From Marinobacter sp. (GTDB lineage: Bacteria; Pseudomonadota; Gammaproteobacteria; Pseudomonadales; Oleiphilaceae): a stretch of 64,000 bases of DNA. The notes under the pieces are model-generated. The model worked only from the letters and a program-made list of their open reading frames with translations, made no database searches and was not told where the DNA came from. The translations under genes were made by a program, and so were the position numbers. Where the stretch lies: NCBI RefSeq assembly GCF_041984545.1, contig NZ_JBHIXV010000006.1:33739-97738 (forward strand), in the 5' to 3' direction. Of the stretch, positions 41,368 through 51,235 are shown piece by piece; the first letter of the stretch is position 1, and each line of letters starts with the position of its first letter.

Positions 41368-42630
41368 TCAGAGCTGGAACTCGGTTTTCAGTTTCCGTTC
41401 CACCAGCTGGTTTTTCAGCCTGGCCACGCGGGGCAGGCCATCGTCGAACGGCGGGAAGCTCTCGCCAGCAATCAGCGGTGCCAGATAATCCCGGCAGTCC
41501 TGGGTGATGCCGAAGCCATCATCGGTAATGTAGTGGATCGGCATTTTCTTTTCCTGGTTTGCCACTTCGCTCAGCGGCGCTTCTCCGATCTTCCAGCGGT
41601 AGGGTTTGGCCTGCTCGCGCACGATGGTGGGCATGAGGGCCTGCTTGCCGTCCAGCGCCATCTCCACCGCAGCCTTGCCTACGGCATAGGCCTGCTCGAC
41701 GTCAGTGGCGGAGGCAATGTGCCGCGCGCTCCGCTGCAGGTAATCCGCCACGGCCCAGTGATACTTGTGCCCCAGTGCCTGCTTCACCATGTTGGCCAGG
41801 GCCGGTGCCACGCCGCCAAGCTGGGTGTGCCCGAAGGCGTCCTTGGCGCCGGCGTCGGCCAGGAAACGACCATCCTCGTACTGGGCGCCCTCTGAGGCGA
41901 CCACCACACAGTAGCCGTATTCCTTCACGCAGTGATCCACGCGGGCCAGGAAGGTCTCCCGGTCAAACGGAATCTCCGGGAACAGGATGATGTGAGGCGG
42001 CTCGCCCTCACCCTGTCCGGCAAGGCCACCGGCGGCGGCAATCCAGCCGGCATGGCGTCCCATCACTTCCAGGATGAACACCTTGGTGGAGGTTTCGCAC
42101 ATGGATTTGATGTCGAGGCTGGCCTCCAGAGTGGAGGTGGCAATGTACTTGGCCACGGAGCCAAAGCCCGGACAGCAGTCGGTGAACGGCAGGTCGTTAT
42201 CGACGGTCTTGGGAACACCGATGCAGGTAATCGGATAGCCCATGCGGTCGGCAATCTGGGACACCTTGTAGGCGGTGTCCTGGGAGTCGCCACCACCGTT
42301 GTAGAAGAAGTAGCCGATGTCGTGGGCCCGGAACACCTCGATCAGTCGCTCGTATTCGCGACGGTTCTCCGAAATGTTCTTGAGCTTGTGCCGGCAGGAG
42401 CCGAAGGCGCCGCCGGGCGTATGGATGAGGGCCTGGATGGCGTCGTCGCTCTCGAGGCTGGTGTCGATCAGCTCTTCCTTCAGCGCTCCGATAATGCCGT
42501 TGCGCCCGGCATACACCTTGCCGATTTTGTCCGGATGCTTGCGGGCGGTCTGGATAACGCCACAGGCACTGGCATTGATGACGGCGGTGACACCGCCGGA
42601 CTGAGCGTAGAATGCGTTCTTGATAGCCAT
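41368..42630 (-). CDS. 6-phosphofructokinase, probably pyrophosphate-dependent
   Basis: QSGGVTAVIN, NGGGDS, PKTVDND, EVMGRHAGW. Confidence 0.93.
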   Translation of the reverse strand: MAIKNAFYAQSGGVTAVINASACGVIQTARKHPDKIGKVYAGRNGIIGALKEELIDTSLESDDAIQALIHTPGGAFGSCRHKLKNISENRREYERLIEVFRAHDIGYFFYNGGGDSQDTAYKVSQIADRMGYPITCIGVPKTVDNDLPFTDCCPGFGSVAKYIATSTLEASLDIKSMCETSTKVFILEVMGRHAGWIAAAGGLAGQGEGEPPHIILFPEIPFDRETFLARVDHCVKEYGYCVVVASEGAQYEDGRFLADAGAKDAFGHTQLGGVAPALANMVKQALGHKYHWAVADYLQRSARHIASATDVEQAYAVGKAAVEMALDGKQALMPTIVREQAKPYRWKIGEAPLSEVANQEKKMPIHYITDDGFGITQDCRDYLAPLIAGESFPPFDDGLPRVARLKNQLVERKLKTEFQL

Positions 42631-42785
42631 CTCGGGCTGGGGCCTCCTGCTGGTTCGACAATGGCGCTGATGATACGCCAAACAACGCGATTTTTCATGG
42701 GCAGGATTGCGGATGGCGTGGCTCTTGACGGGGTGGAACGGATACGGGAGGCTTGTCGGGTTTCAACACGCGGAGCAGTTGCCGA

Positions 42786-44180
42786 ATGCACATTCATATC
42801 CTTGGAATCTGTGGCACCTTTATGGGCAGCCTGGCCGTGCTGGCCCGGGAGCTCGGCCACACCGTGACCGGCTCCGATCATGGCGTCTATCCGCCCATGA
42901 GTACCCAGTTGCAGGCCCAGGGCATCAGCCTGATGGAAGGGTACGGCCCGGACAACCTGGAGCCCAGGCCGGATCTTGTGCTGATCGGCAACGCCCTGTC
43001 CCGGGGCAATCCGGAAGTGGAAGCGGTACTCAACCGGAATATCGATTACATGTCCGGGCCGGAGTGGCTGGCCCGGGAAGTGCTGAGGCACCGCTGGGTA
43101 CTCGCGGTCGCAGGAACCCACGGCAAGACCACGACCACGGCCATGCTGCTGTGGATACTGGAGCAGGCGGGCTTTGATGCCGGCTATCTGGTGGGCGGTG
43201 TGCCCAGGGATTTCGCCGTCTCGGCCCGACTGGGCACCAGCGATTTCTTTGTGATCGAGGCGGACGAGTACGACAGCGCCTTCTTCGACAAACGCTCGAA
43301 GTTTGTGCACTACCGGCCCCACACTCTGATCCTGAACAACCTGGAATTCGACCACGCCGACATCTTTGAAAATGTCGAAGCCATCGAGCGCCAGTTCCAT
43401 CATCTGGTGCGCACTGTGCCCTCCCAGGGGCTGATCATCCGGCCCGCGGTCGACGGCCACCTGGATAACGCCCTGCAACTGGGCTGCTGGAGCCCGGTGC
43501 AGGATACCGCCATTGGCAGCGAAACTCCTCGCACCACCGACTGGCGGGCCGAACTGCTGTCCGAGGATGGCAGCCGGTTCATGGTCATCCATCACGAACA
43601 GCCGGTAGCCACCCTGAGCTGGGAGCACACCGGCCTTCACAATGTCCGCAATGCCCTGTCGGCCATTGCAGCGGCCCGCCACATCGGTATCACGCCCGAC
43701 CATGCGGTGGCGGCCCTGTGCCGGTTCTCCGGGGTCAAACGCAGGATGGAGCTGCTGGCGGATATTGACGGCGTGAGGGTTTACGACGACTTTGCCCACC
43801 ATCCCACCGCTATTGCCACCACGCTTGAGGGGCTTCGCAATCGGGTCGGGGACGAGCCAATTCTGGCGTTGATCGAGCCACGTTCGAACACCATGAAGCA
43901 GGGCGTTCACCAGCAGGCACTGCTGCCCAGCGCCGCCGCGGCTGACCGGGTGCTCTGGGCCAACCTGAATGATATGGACTGGCTGCCGACGCTGGTCAGC
44001 AACTGGCAGAAGCAAAACGAGGGTTCGGGCCGGCACCGGGTGGAGGCTTCGGTGGAGTCGCTCATCGCCTCTGCTCTGGCGGATCTGCCCCGGCCCTGCC
44101 ACATTGTCATCATGAGCAACGGCGGTTTTGGCGGTATTCACGCTAAACTGGTGGCCGAGCTCGAGCGTATTGGAAGCTGA
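42786..44180 (+). CDS. mpl: Murein peptide ligase
   Basis: MHIHILGICGTFMG, AGTHGKTTT, EADEYDSAFFDKRSKF, DDFAHHP. Confidence 0.98.
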   Translation: MHIHILGICGTFMGSLAVLARELGHTVTGSDHGVYPPMSTQLQAQGISLMEGYGPDNLEPRPDLVLIGNALSRGNPEVEAVLNRNIDYMSGPEWLAREVLRHRWVLAVAGTHGKTTTTAMLLWILEQAGFDAGYLVGGVPRDFAVSARLGTSDFFVIEADEYDSAFFDKRSKFVHYRPHTLILNNLEFDHADIFENVEAIERQFHHLVRTVPSQGLIIRPAVDGHLDNALQLGCWSPVQDTAIGSETPRTTDWRAELLSEDGSRFMVIHHEQPVATLSWEHTGLHNVRNALSAIAAARHIGITPDHAVAALCRFSGVKRRMELLADIDGVRVYDDFAHHPTAIATTLEGLRNRVGDEPILALIEPRSNTMKQGVHQQALLPSAAAADRVLWANLNDMDWLPTLVSNWQKQNEGSGRHRVEASVESLIASALADLPRPCHIVIMSNGGFGGIHAKLVAELERIGS

Positions 44181-44227
44181 TCCGGCCCCGCCGGTTACCA
44201 CCTGAGAATTCCACGGATACAAAGGTC

Positions 44228-44875
44228 ATGACAGACAAGCAGTCACAGGCGAAAACCGTTAATCTGGCCTTTACTGGCGCTTCGGGCGCCCAGTACGGCC
44301 TGCGCCTGCTGCAATGTCTGGTGGCGATTGGTTGCCGGGTGAATGTCATGGTCAGCCGGGCAGCCCAGGTGGTGATCGCCACGGAAACCGAACTTAAATT
44401 GCCGGGCACCCCTCCGGCCATGCAGGAGACGCTCTCGGCCTATGCCAATGCCGAACCGGGTCAGGTGCTGGTGTTCGGTCGGGAAGACTGGTTCGCGCCA
44501 CCGGCCTCCGGCTCCGGAGAAAAAGCGCCGCTGGTGGTCTGTCCCTGCAGTACCGGCACGCTCTCTGCGCTGGCCACCGGCGCCAGCAACAACCTGATCG
44601 AGCGGGCCGGCGACGTTGCCCTGAAAGAGCGCCGCACCCTCATCCTGGTGCCCCGGGAGGCGCCTTTCTCGGAAGTGCACCTGGAGAACATGCTCAGGCT
44701 CACCCGCATGGGGGCCGTTATCATGCCTGCCAGCCCGGGCTTCTATCACAAGCCGGGGTCGGTGGATGACCTCGTGGATTTCATCGTTGCCCGCATACTC
44801 GACCATCTGGACCTGCCCCAGGATCTGATGCCCCGCTGGGGCGAGGCGCGCGCTGAGGCCCGTCGCGACCGCTGA
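44228..44875 (+). CDS. ubiX: Flavin prenyltransferase
   Basis: TGASGAQY, ASGS, PCSTGTL, PREAP, PGFYH. Confidence 0.96.
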   Translation: MTDKQSQAKTVNLAFTGASGAQYGLRLLQCLVAIGCRVNVMVSRAAQVVIATETELKLPGTPPAMQETLSAYANAEPGQVLVFGREDWFAPPASGSGEKAPLVVCPCSTGTLSALATGASNNLIERAGDVALKERRTLILVPREAPFSEVHLENMLRLTRMGAVIMPASPGFYHKPGSVDDLVDFIVARILDHLDLPQDLMPRWGEARAEARRDR

Positions 44876-45002
44876 TTCTCCCAACGGGTCAACGATGGTT
44901 TTGGTCAGCCCGATTGATGCTTTTCATCATTGAGCGTGCGGGCCTCTGGGCCGAGACTTGGTGAACGACAATCACAACACCCGTTATTCACTGAGGTTCA
45001 CC

Positions 45003-46142
45003 ATGATTCCACGTACTCTCTTTGATGCTGACCTGGAAGGTTTCCGCGATTCCGTTCGCAAGTTTCTGGAACAGGAAGCCGTGCCCTACCATGACCAGTG
45101 GGAGAAAGACGGGCAAGTCAGCCGGGAGCTCTGGCAGAAGGCCGGCGAGCTCGGTTTCCTGTGTCCAACCATTCCCGAGGAGTACGGCGGCGTGGGCGCC
45201 GACTTCCGCTACAGTGCTGTGGTCATGGAGGAGGTGTCCCGGCTGGGGCTTTCCGGAATCGGCTGGGGCCTGCACTCGGACATCGTTGCCCCCTACATCC
45301 TCAACTACGGCTCCGAGGAACAGAAGCAGCACTACCTGCCCAAGCTGGTGTCCGGCGAAATGATCACCGCCATCGCCATGACCGAGCCCGGTGCCGGTTC
45401 CGACCTGCAGGGCGTCAAGACCACGGCCGTCAAGGACGGCGACCACTACATCCTCAACGGCTCGAAAACGTTCATCACCAATGGCCAGATGGCCGACCTG
45501 GTGATCGTGGTGGCCAAGACCGATCCCAAGGAAGGCGCCAAGGGCACCAGCCTTCTGCTGGTGGAGACAGCCTGGGAGGGCTTCCAGAAGGGCCAGAACC
45601 TGAACAAGGTAGGCATGAAGGCCCAGGACACCTCGGAGCTGTTCTTCCAGGATGTGAAGGTGCCAACGACTCACCTGTTGGGCAGCATGGAAGGGCAGGG
45701 CTTTTTCCAGCTGATGCAGGAACTGCCCGCCGAGCGCCTGCAGGTAGCACTGGCTGCGGTGGCCGCGGCGGAAGCCGCCTGGCAGTGGACCCTGGATTAC
45801 GTGAAGGAACGCAAGGCCTTCGGTAAACCGGTCATCGCCTTCCAGAATACGCGCTTCAAGATGGCGGAAATGAAAGCGGAGATTACCGCCGCCCGGGTGT
45901 TCACCGATCGCTGCCTGGAACTGCACCTGGAGAAAAAACTCGATATTCCGACCGCCGCCATGCTCAAGCAGCTCACCACCGACCTGCAATGCAAGGTCAT
46001 GGACGAGTGCGTGCAACTGCACGGCGGCTATGGCTACATGTGGGAATACCCGATTGCCCGGGCCTGGGCGGATTCTCGGGTGCAGCGCATCTATGCCGGT
46101 ACCAACGAGATCATGAAGGAAATCGTGGCCCGCTCCTTCTGA
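45003..46142 (+). CDS. Acyl-CoA dehydrogenase (long-chain type)
   Basis: AMTEPGAGSD, NGSKTFITNG, QLHGGYGYMWEY, IYAGTNEIMK. Confidence 0.96.
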   Translation: MIPRTLFDADLEGFRDSVRKFLEQEAVPYHDQWEKDGQVSRELWQKAGELGFLCPTIPEEYGGVGADFRYSAVVMEEVSRLGLSGIGWGLHSDIVAPYILNYGSEEQKQHYLPKLVSGEMITAIAMTEPGAGSDLQGVKTTAVKDGDHYILNGSKTFITNGQMADLVIVVAKTDPKEGAKGTSLLLVETAWEGFQKGQNLNKVGMKAQDTSELFFQDVKVPTTHLLGSMEGQGFFQLMQELPAERLQVALAAVAAAEAAWQWTLDYVKERKAFGKPVIAFQNTRFKMAEMKAEITAARVFTDRCLELHLEKKLDIPTAAMLKQLTTDLQCKVMDECVQLHGGYGYMWEYPIARAWADSRVQRIYAGTNEIMKEIVARSF

Positions 46143-46148
46143 GCCTGA

Positions 46149-46183
46149 GGGCATCCCGGTACTACGGCGGCTCCGGGATGCCC
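46149..46183 (+). terminator. GC-rich hairpin after the acyl-CoA dehydrogenase gene
   Basis: GGGCATCCCGG / CCGGGATGCCC 11-bp stem; no U-tract. Confidence 0.45.
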
Positions 46184-46279
46184 GGTTACCTAACTTTACA
46201 AATTGCCAAACCTATCAAGGTCTCCGGCCAGGACATCCCCTAAAGTAGCGGCATCAAACAAGGATAAACGGTTGCCGCG

Positions 46280-48160
46280 ATGAAACGCCTGATCTGCCTG
46301 TCTGTTACTGCTGTCTCCCTCACGCTTGCCGGTTGCGGCAAGGAATCCGACGAGTTGCCCGTGGATGGTCGTGAGTTCGACGGCGTTGAGTACAGCCAGC
46401 CTGCGCCCTATACCGGCAAGGTTATCGACGGTTACCTCAACCGGGCGCGGGTGTGGCTGGACATGGACGGCGACAGCCAGTACACCCCGGGGCCATTGGT
46501 CCTCGAGCTGGACAACGGCCGGGAGGTGACACTGACCGCTGGCGAACCCACGGCCATGAGTGGCCCCGGCGGTGTATTTTCGCTGGATATTTCCGGGCTG
46601 GTGCTTCCGCCCGGGGTAGGGCCGGATCTTGATCCCCGGGATTACCCATTGTTTGCCGTGGCCATACCGGGCACCACACTGGAAGAAACCCGCAATGGAG
46701 ATGTTCCGGTTGCCCGGGCCTATCTGATGTCGGCAGCACCCGGTAACCGTAACCTAACCCCCCTGACCACGCTCGACCGGTACCGTCAGATGGTTGGTCT
46801 GGCCTCGCTATCAGACATACCTTCACTGGAAGGCCTGGCGGGCCTGAACCTGGTGCGTGACTATATTCTTGCGGGGGATGAGCGCGCCCACGCCTATGCG
46901 CGGGCCCTGGCCCGGTTCATGGCCAGCCAGCTTCCCGACGAGTACAACACGCTGTTGGCGCAGCCCGGCAGCGCTGGTACAGAGCGTTTCCTGAGCAAGG
47001 AGGCGGCCTTCCTTCTGGGTGTGTCGCTGGTGCAGAACGCAGGCAGTGTGGCTGACGTGGTGGATGCTGCCGCTGGCGGCGGCAATTATGCCAACGTGGA
47101 TGCGGATGCCCTCGCACTCCCGGAGGTGACGCTGGAGCTGACAGATCCAGTGCTGCTGACCCGACAGTTAGTGTATGCCGAGCCGGCTTCCGGGGGCACG
47201 CTCCCGGCGAGCACCTCGGGGCTCGAGATTTCCGCGGAACTGGCATTCGATTACACCGAGGATGGCCGAATCCGCTCCGTCTCAGCCCAGGGGTGTATGG
47301 CACCTACGCTTCGTGAACTTGCCCGGGTAATCCGGGTGAACGGCCGCATGGGGGTTCTTGAAACCCAGTGGTTGCCATCGGCCTCGCTCTCGGCCCAGAG
47401 CCGGGTCAGCTATGAGGCGGCCGGCACGGACGAGCGTCTGGTGTTTGACTGGGACGCGCAGACCATCACCTTTGATACCGTTACCTCTTGCCATCTGTCG
47501 CAGGGCGCAGAGCCTGAGTCCAGCGAACTGGGAGGCACTCCGGAGATTGTCTACAGCTGGACCCGGGAAAACGGCGTGCTGGCGTCAGTGACGGCCCGAT
47601 ACGCCAATGGCGCCGAGCGCATCCTGACGCCCCGGCTTACCAATGCTACCGAGGTTTTCCCGGGGTATGGTATTGAGCAGGGCGGTGCGGAGCAGGAGTC
47701 GGTCAGGTTTCTCTCTGACGTTGTCACCTGTGCGGTGGATGAACAGGCAGTTGGTGCGGATCAGGTGGTGACGGGCGTTCAGAGCTATGCCTTTGCAGGC
47801 TATGAACCCCAGCCCTCGGGCTTTACCAATCTTGAGGTACAGTTCGACACCCGGACTTTTGCCTCGGGCGAGCATGAAGATCTTCGCCTGCTCAGTTACG
47901 GGTTTCTGGATCCCCTGAAGCTGGCCGACGGACGAGTTACGGGCAATGGCGGCTTCAAGTGGGCCATGCGCTACCCGGTGAGCGGTGCAAGCGGGTTCGT
48001 GGCCAGTCAACCGAATCTTATTCAGGAAGCTTTTCTCAGGGCCTACACCCTGCCCGGTGATTGTGGCCGTGAGTTCGAGGCTGAAGCCAGCAGTGCCTAC
48101 GCGCGGGTTGTCTACAGTTATGAGACGTTGTCGGACTATCTGGTAGGGCTGCTGCAATAG
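46280..48160 (+). CDS. Large hypothetical lipoprotein (626 aa)
   Basis: Lipobox LAGC; VIDGYL..ARVWLDMDGD motif; AAGGA RBS. Confidence 0.85.
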   Translation: MKRLICLSVTAVSLTLAGCGKESDELPVDGREFDGVEYSQPAPYTGKVIDGYLNRARVWLDMDGDSQYTPGPLVLELDNGREVTLTAGEPTAMSGPGGVFSLDISGLVLPPGVGPDLDPRDYPLFAVAIPGTTLEETRNGDVPVARAYLMSAAPGNRNLTPLTTLDRYRQMVGLASLSDIPSLEGLAGLNLVRDYILAGDERAHAYARALARFMASQLPDEYNTLLAQPGSAGTERFLSKEAAFLLGVSLVQNAGSVADVVDAAAGGGNYANVDADALALPEVTLELTDPVLLTRQLVYAEPASGGTLPASTSGLEISAELAFDYTEDGRIRSVSAQGCMAPTLRELARVIRVNGRMGVLETQWLPSASLSAQSRVSYEAAGTDERLVFDWDAQTITFDTVTSCHLSQGAEPESSELGGTPEIVYSWTRENGVLASVTARYANGAERILTPRLTNATEVFPGYGIEQGGAEQESVRFLSDVVTCAVDEQAVGADQVVTGVQSYAFAGYEPQPSGFTNLEVQFDTRTFASGEHEDLRLLSYGFLDPLKLADGRVTGNGGFKWAMRYPVSGASGFVASQPNLIQEAFLRAYTLPGDCGREFEAEASSAYARVVYSYETLSDYLVGLLQ

Positions 48161-48340
48161 TCAGCAGGCACGGAAAAACGAACGGCGCCACCGTCTGCAT
48201 CGGAATTTTCGTGGATCGAGCCTGGATCGAACCTGGATAAAGAGTGTCTGGCGGTAAACAAATCTGTTGAGTGATCGCAGCAGGATGGGGCGTCGGTAGC
48301 CGGTTTGCTGGATTTTATCGCCACTTCCTGAGGGAGGAAG

Positions 48341-48427
48341 TGGTGCCGAGGAGAGGACTTGAACCTCCACGGGGTTGCCCCCACTAGCACCTGAAGCTAG
48401 CGTGTCTACCAATTTCACCACCTCGGC
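48341..48427 (-). tRNA. tRNA-Leu (anticodon CAG)
   Basis: GCCGAGGTGGTGAAATTGGTAGACACGCTAGCTTCAGGTGCTAGT...GGTTCAAGTCC...CTCGGCACCA; long variable arm, encoded CCA, 87 nt. Confidence 0.98.
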
Positions 48428-48512
48428 AGGTGATTCACAGAATTGCCGTTAGTTTGTTGAAAACTCGACGTTTCCGCGATCGTTGAGGTTTGCCCCTCAA
48501 CCGATGGCGCGT

Positions 48513-48541
48513 ACTTTAATAATTCCGATCAGGGCTGTCAA
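48513..48541 (-). promoter_or_regulatory. Sigma70 stable-RNA promoter of tRNA-Leu
   Basis: TTGACA-17 nt-TAAAGT, then GC-rich discriminator ACGCGCC; A-tract upstream. Confidence 0.85.
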
Positions 48542-48682
48542 ACATTTTTTCGCAAAAAACCGGGCAGGTATTTGTGCCTATTCTGCCGGGGTTGATAGGC
48601 AGGAACTCCGTACCGACGTTATACTCCGTGCAAATGAATGTAAGTCGCGCCGCAGTGGCGCGGAATCAAAACAAGGATCCGA

Positions 48683-51220
48683 ATGGTTTCCAGGAAGAAA
48701 AATGACAGGGATCCTCACGCCAGCCGTGAGGCCCAGAAGTACGAAAATCCAATCCAGAGCCGGGAATTCATTCTCGGGCATCTGAAAGAGCGGGGCGCCC
48801 CCGCGACCCACGAAACCCTGTGCCAGGAGCTTGGCCAGACCTCCGAAGAGGGCATTGAGGCCCTGCGCCGGCGCCTGATTGCCATGTGTCGGGATGGTCA
48901 GTTGATCTGCAACCGTCGTGGCGCCTATCTGCCCATAGAGGAAGCCGACCTGGTGACGGGTCGGGTGATCGGTCACAAGGACGGCTTCGGGTTTCTGGTG
49001 CCCGACGACGGTGGCTCTGATTTATTCCTGACCGCCCGGCAAATGCGCCAGGTGTTTCACGGTGACCGGGTCGCCGCCCGGGTAGACCGCGTCGACGACC
49101 GGGGTCGCCGTGAAGGCGTGATAGTGGAAGTGCTTGAGCATCGAACCACCCAGACTGTCGGGCGCCTGTTCAAGGAAAGTGGTATTGCGTTTGTGGTGCC
49201 GGAAAACGCACGGATCAACCACGAAGTGCTGGTGCCGGAGGAGCACATTGGCGAGGCCTACCACGGCCAGTACGTGGTAGTGGAAATCCTGCGCCAGCCG
49301 ACCATCCGCACCCAGCCCACGGGCAAAGTCATCGAGATACTGGGTGAGCACATGGCACCCGGCATGGAAATCGACGTCGCCATCCGGTCCTACGATATTC
49401 CCCACAGTTGGCCACCGGCGGTGGGTGAGCAGGCGGCCTCGATTCCCTCGGAAGTTGCGGAGAAGGACAAGGCCAATCGCGTGGATATCCGCAACATGCG
49501 TCTGGTGACCATCGATGATGAGAGCGCCCGCGACTTTGACGACGCCATCTATTGTGAGCCACGGCCACGGGGCGGTTACCGGCTGGTGGTGGCCATTGCC
49601 GACGTGTCGCATTATGTGCGGCCGGGGTCGCCGCTGGATGAGGAAGCCCTTCGTCGGGGTAACTCGGTGTACTTCCCGGATCACGTGGTGCCGATGCTGC
49701 CGGAGAAGTTGTCCAACGGCCTGTGTTCCCTTAATCCGGACGTGGATCGCCTGTGCATGGTGGCCGACATGACCATCAGTGCCGCTGGTAACATCAGTGG
49801 TTACACCTTCTACCAGGCGGTGATGCGCAGCCATGCCCGACTGACCTACAACAAGGTCAGCGCCATGCTGGAGCATCCGGACAGCGAACAGGGCTACCGG
49901 CTGTCGGCCCAGTATGCCGACCTGCTGCCGCACCTGCACAACCTGTACGACCTCTACAAGCTGCTACGTCAGGCGCGTACCGAACGTGGCGCGATTGATT
50001 TTGAGACCACCGAAACCAAGATCGTGTTCGACGCCGAGCGCAAGATTGAGGAAATCGTGCCGGTGCACCGCAACGATGCCCACAAGATTGTCGAAGAGTG
50101 CATGCTCTGCGCCAATGTGGCAACGGCCCGTTTCCTGAAGAAACACCAGGTGCCTGCGCTTTACCGCGTTCACGAAGGGCCCTCCGAGGAGCGCCTCAAC
50201 GCGGTGCGTCTGTTCCTGGGCGAGCTGGGTCTTCAGTTGGGTGGTGGTGACAAGCCGACTTCGGCCGATTACCAGGCTCTTCTGAACGAAGTGGCCGACC
50301 GGCCCGATGCCAATGTGATCCAGATGGTGATGCTCAGGTCCCTGAGCCAGGCCGTCTACAGCCCTGAAGAGAGCGGTCACTTCGGACTGGGCTTTGCGAG
50401 CTACACGCACTTTACCTCGCCCATCCGCCGGTACCCGGACCTGATCGTGCATCGGGCCATCAAGTCCCGTATCCACAAGCCGGAAGTCACCAAGGATGTG
50501 GTCACACCGAAGGTCACTGACCCGGAGCTGGCGGTGTACCCATATGACTATGCGCAGATGGAGCAACTCGGTGAGCACGCCTCCATGACCGAGCGCCGTG
50601 CAGACGATGCCACCCGGGACGTGATGGCATGGCTCAAGTGCGAGTTCCTCAGGGATCACGTGGGTGAGGAGTTCAACGGCATTATTGCCTCGGTGGTGCC
50701 GTTCGGCTTCTTTGTCGAGCTGTCGGATATCTACATCGAGGGGCTGGTGCATGTGTCGACGCTCAGCGGCGACTACTTCCACCACGATGCCGCCAAGCAC
50801 CGCCTCATTGGCGAGCGCACGGCGGTCAGCTTCCGGCTCGGCGACGAGGTGCGGGTGCGCGTGGTGCGCGTGGATCTGGAAGATCGCAAGATCGATCTGG
50901 AACTGATCAGTACGCCCAAACGGCGCAAGGCCGATCGTGACGCTCTGGATGTGTCCAAGCGCGAGCGTCGCGGCAAGGGCGGTCAGCGCGGTGACGGTGG
51001 TGCGCATGATAAAAGCAGCCGCAAGAAAGGTGGCGGCGCCTCTTCGAGACAGGACAGGGCGCGCGCCGGCCAGTCAGGCAGGCAGAAAGGCTCTGGCAGT
51101 GCCAAGGACAAGCTTGTTGCCGAGGCGGCCCGGGAAGCTGCCAGGAAGCCCTCGGGTAAAGGTCGGGGCAAATCTCCGTCGGGCGGAAAACCCCGGAAAC
51201 CCCGCAAGTCTGCCAAATAA
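48683..51220 (+). CDS. rnr: Ribonuclease R
   Basis: CSD (GFGF), VTIDDESARDFDDA, HFTSPIRRYPDL, S1 domain, basic tail. Confidence 0.98.
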   Translation: MVSRKKNDRDPHASREAQKYENPIQSREFILGHLKERGAPATHETLCQELGQTSEEGIEALRRRLIAMCRDGQLICNRRGAYLPIEEADLVTGRVIGHKDGFGFLVPDDGGSDLFLTARQMRQVFHGDRVAARVDRVDDRGRREGVIVEVLEHRTTQTVGRLFKESGIAFVVPENARINHEVLVPEEHIGEAYHGQYVVVEILRQPTIRTQPTGKVIEILGEHMAPGMEIDVAIRSYDIPHSWPPAVGEQAASIPSEVAEKDKANRVDIRNMRLVTIDDESARDFDDAIYCEPRPRGGYRLVVAIADVSHYVRPGSPLDEEALRRGNSVYFPDHVVPMLPEKLSNGLCSLNPDVDRLCMVADMTISAAGNISGYTFYQAVMRSHARLTYNKVSAMLEHPDSEQGYRLSAQYADLLPHLHNLYDLYKLLRQARTERGAIDFETTETKIVFDAERKIEEIVPVHRNDAHKIVEECMLCANVATARFLKKHQVPALYRVHEGPSEERLNAVRLFLGELGLQLGGGDKPTSADYQALLNEVADRPDANVIQMVMLRSLSQAVYSPEESGHFGLGFASYTHFTSPIRRYPDLIVHRAIKSRIHKPEVTKDVVTPKVTDPELAVYPYDYAQMEQLGEHASMTERRADDATRDVMAWLKCEFLRDHVGEEFNGIIASVVPFGFFVELSDIYIEGLVHVSTLSGDYFHHDAAKHRLIGERTAVSFRLGDEVRVRVVRVDLEDRKIDLELISTPKRRKADRDALDVSKRERRGKGGQRGDGGAHDKSSRKKGGGASSRQDRARAGQSGRQKGSGSAKDKLVAEAAREAARKPSGKGRGKSPSGGKPRKPRKSAK

Positions 51221-51235
51221 AAGGAAATCGAAGCA

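Noticed and set aside
48161-48421. ORFs overlapping the tRNA
   Set aside because: Spurious translations of tRNA-Leu.
46280-48427. Genomic island integrated at tRNA-Leu
   Set aside because: No integrase and no duplicated tRNA 3' end found by eye; flanking genes are housekeeping.
250-51007. Many long antisense or alternate-frame ORFs (e.g. 21337-23019, 42480-44222, 28336-29772, 44988-46154, 49964-51007)
   Set aside because: They shadow well-supported genes, as expected from GC-rich codon bias, and show no motifs or RBS.
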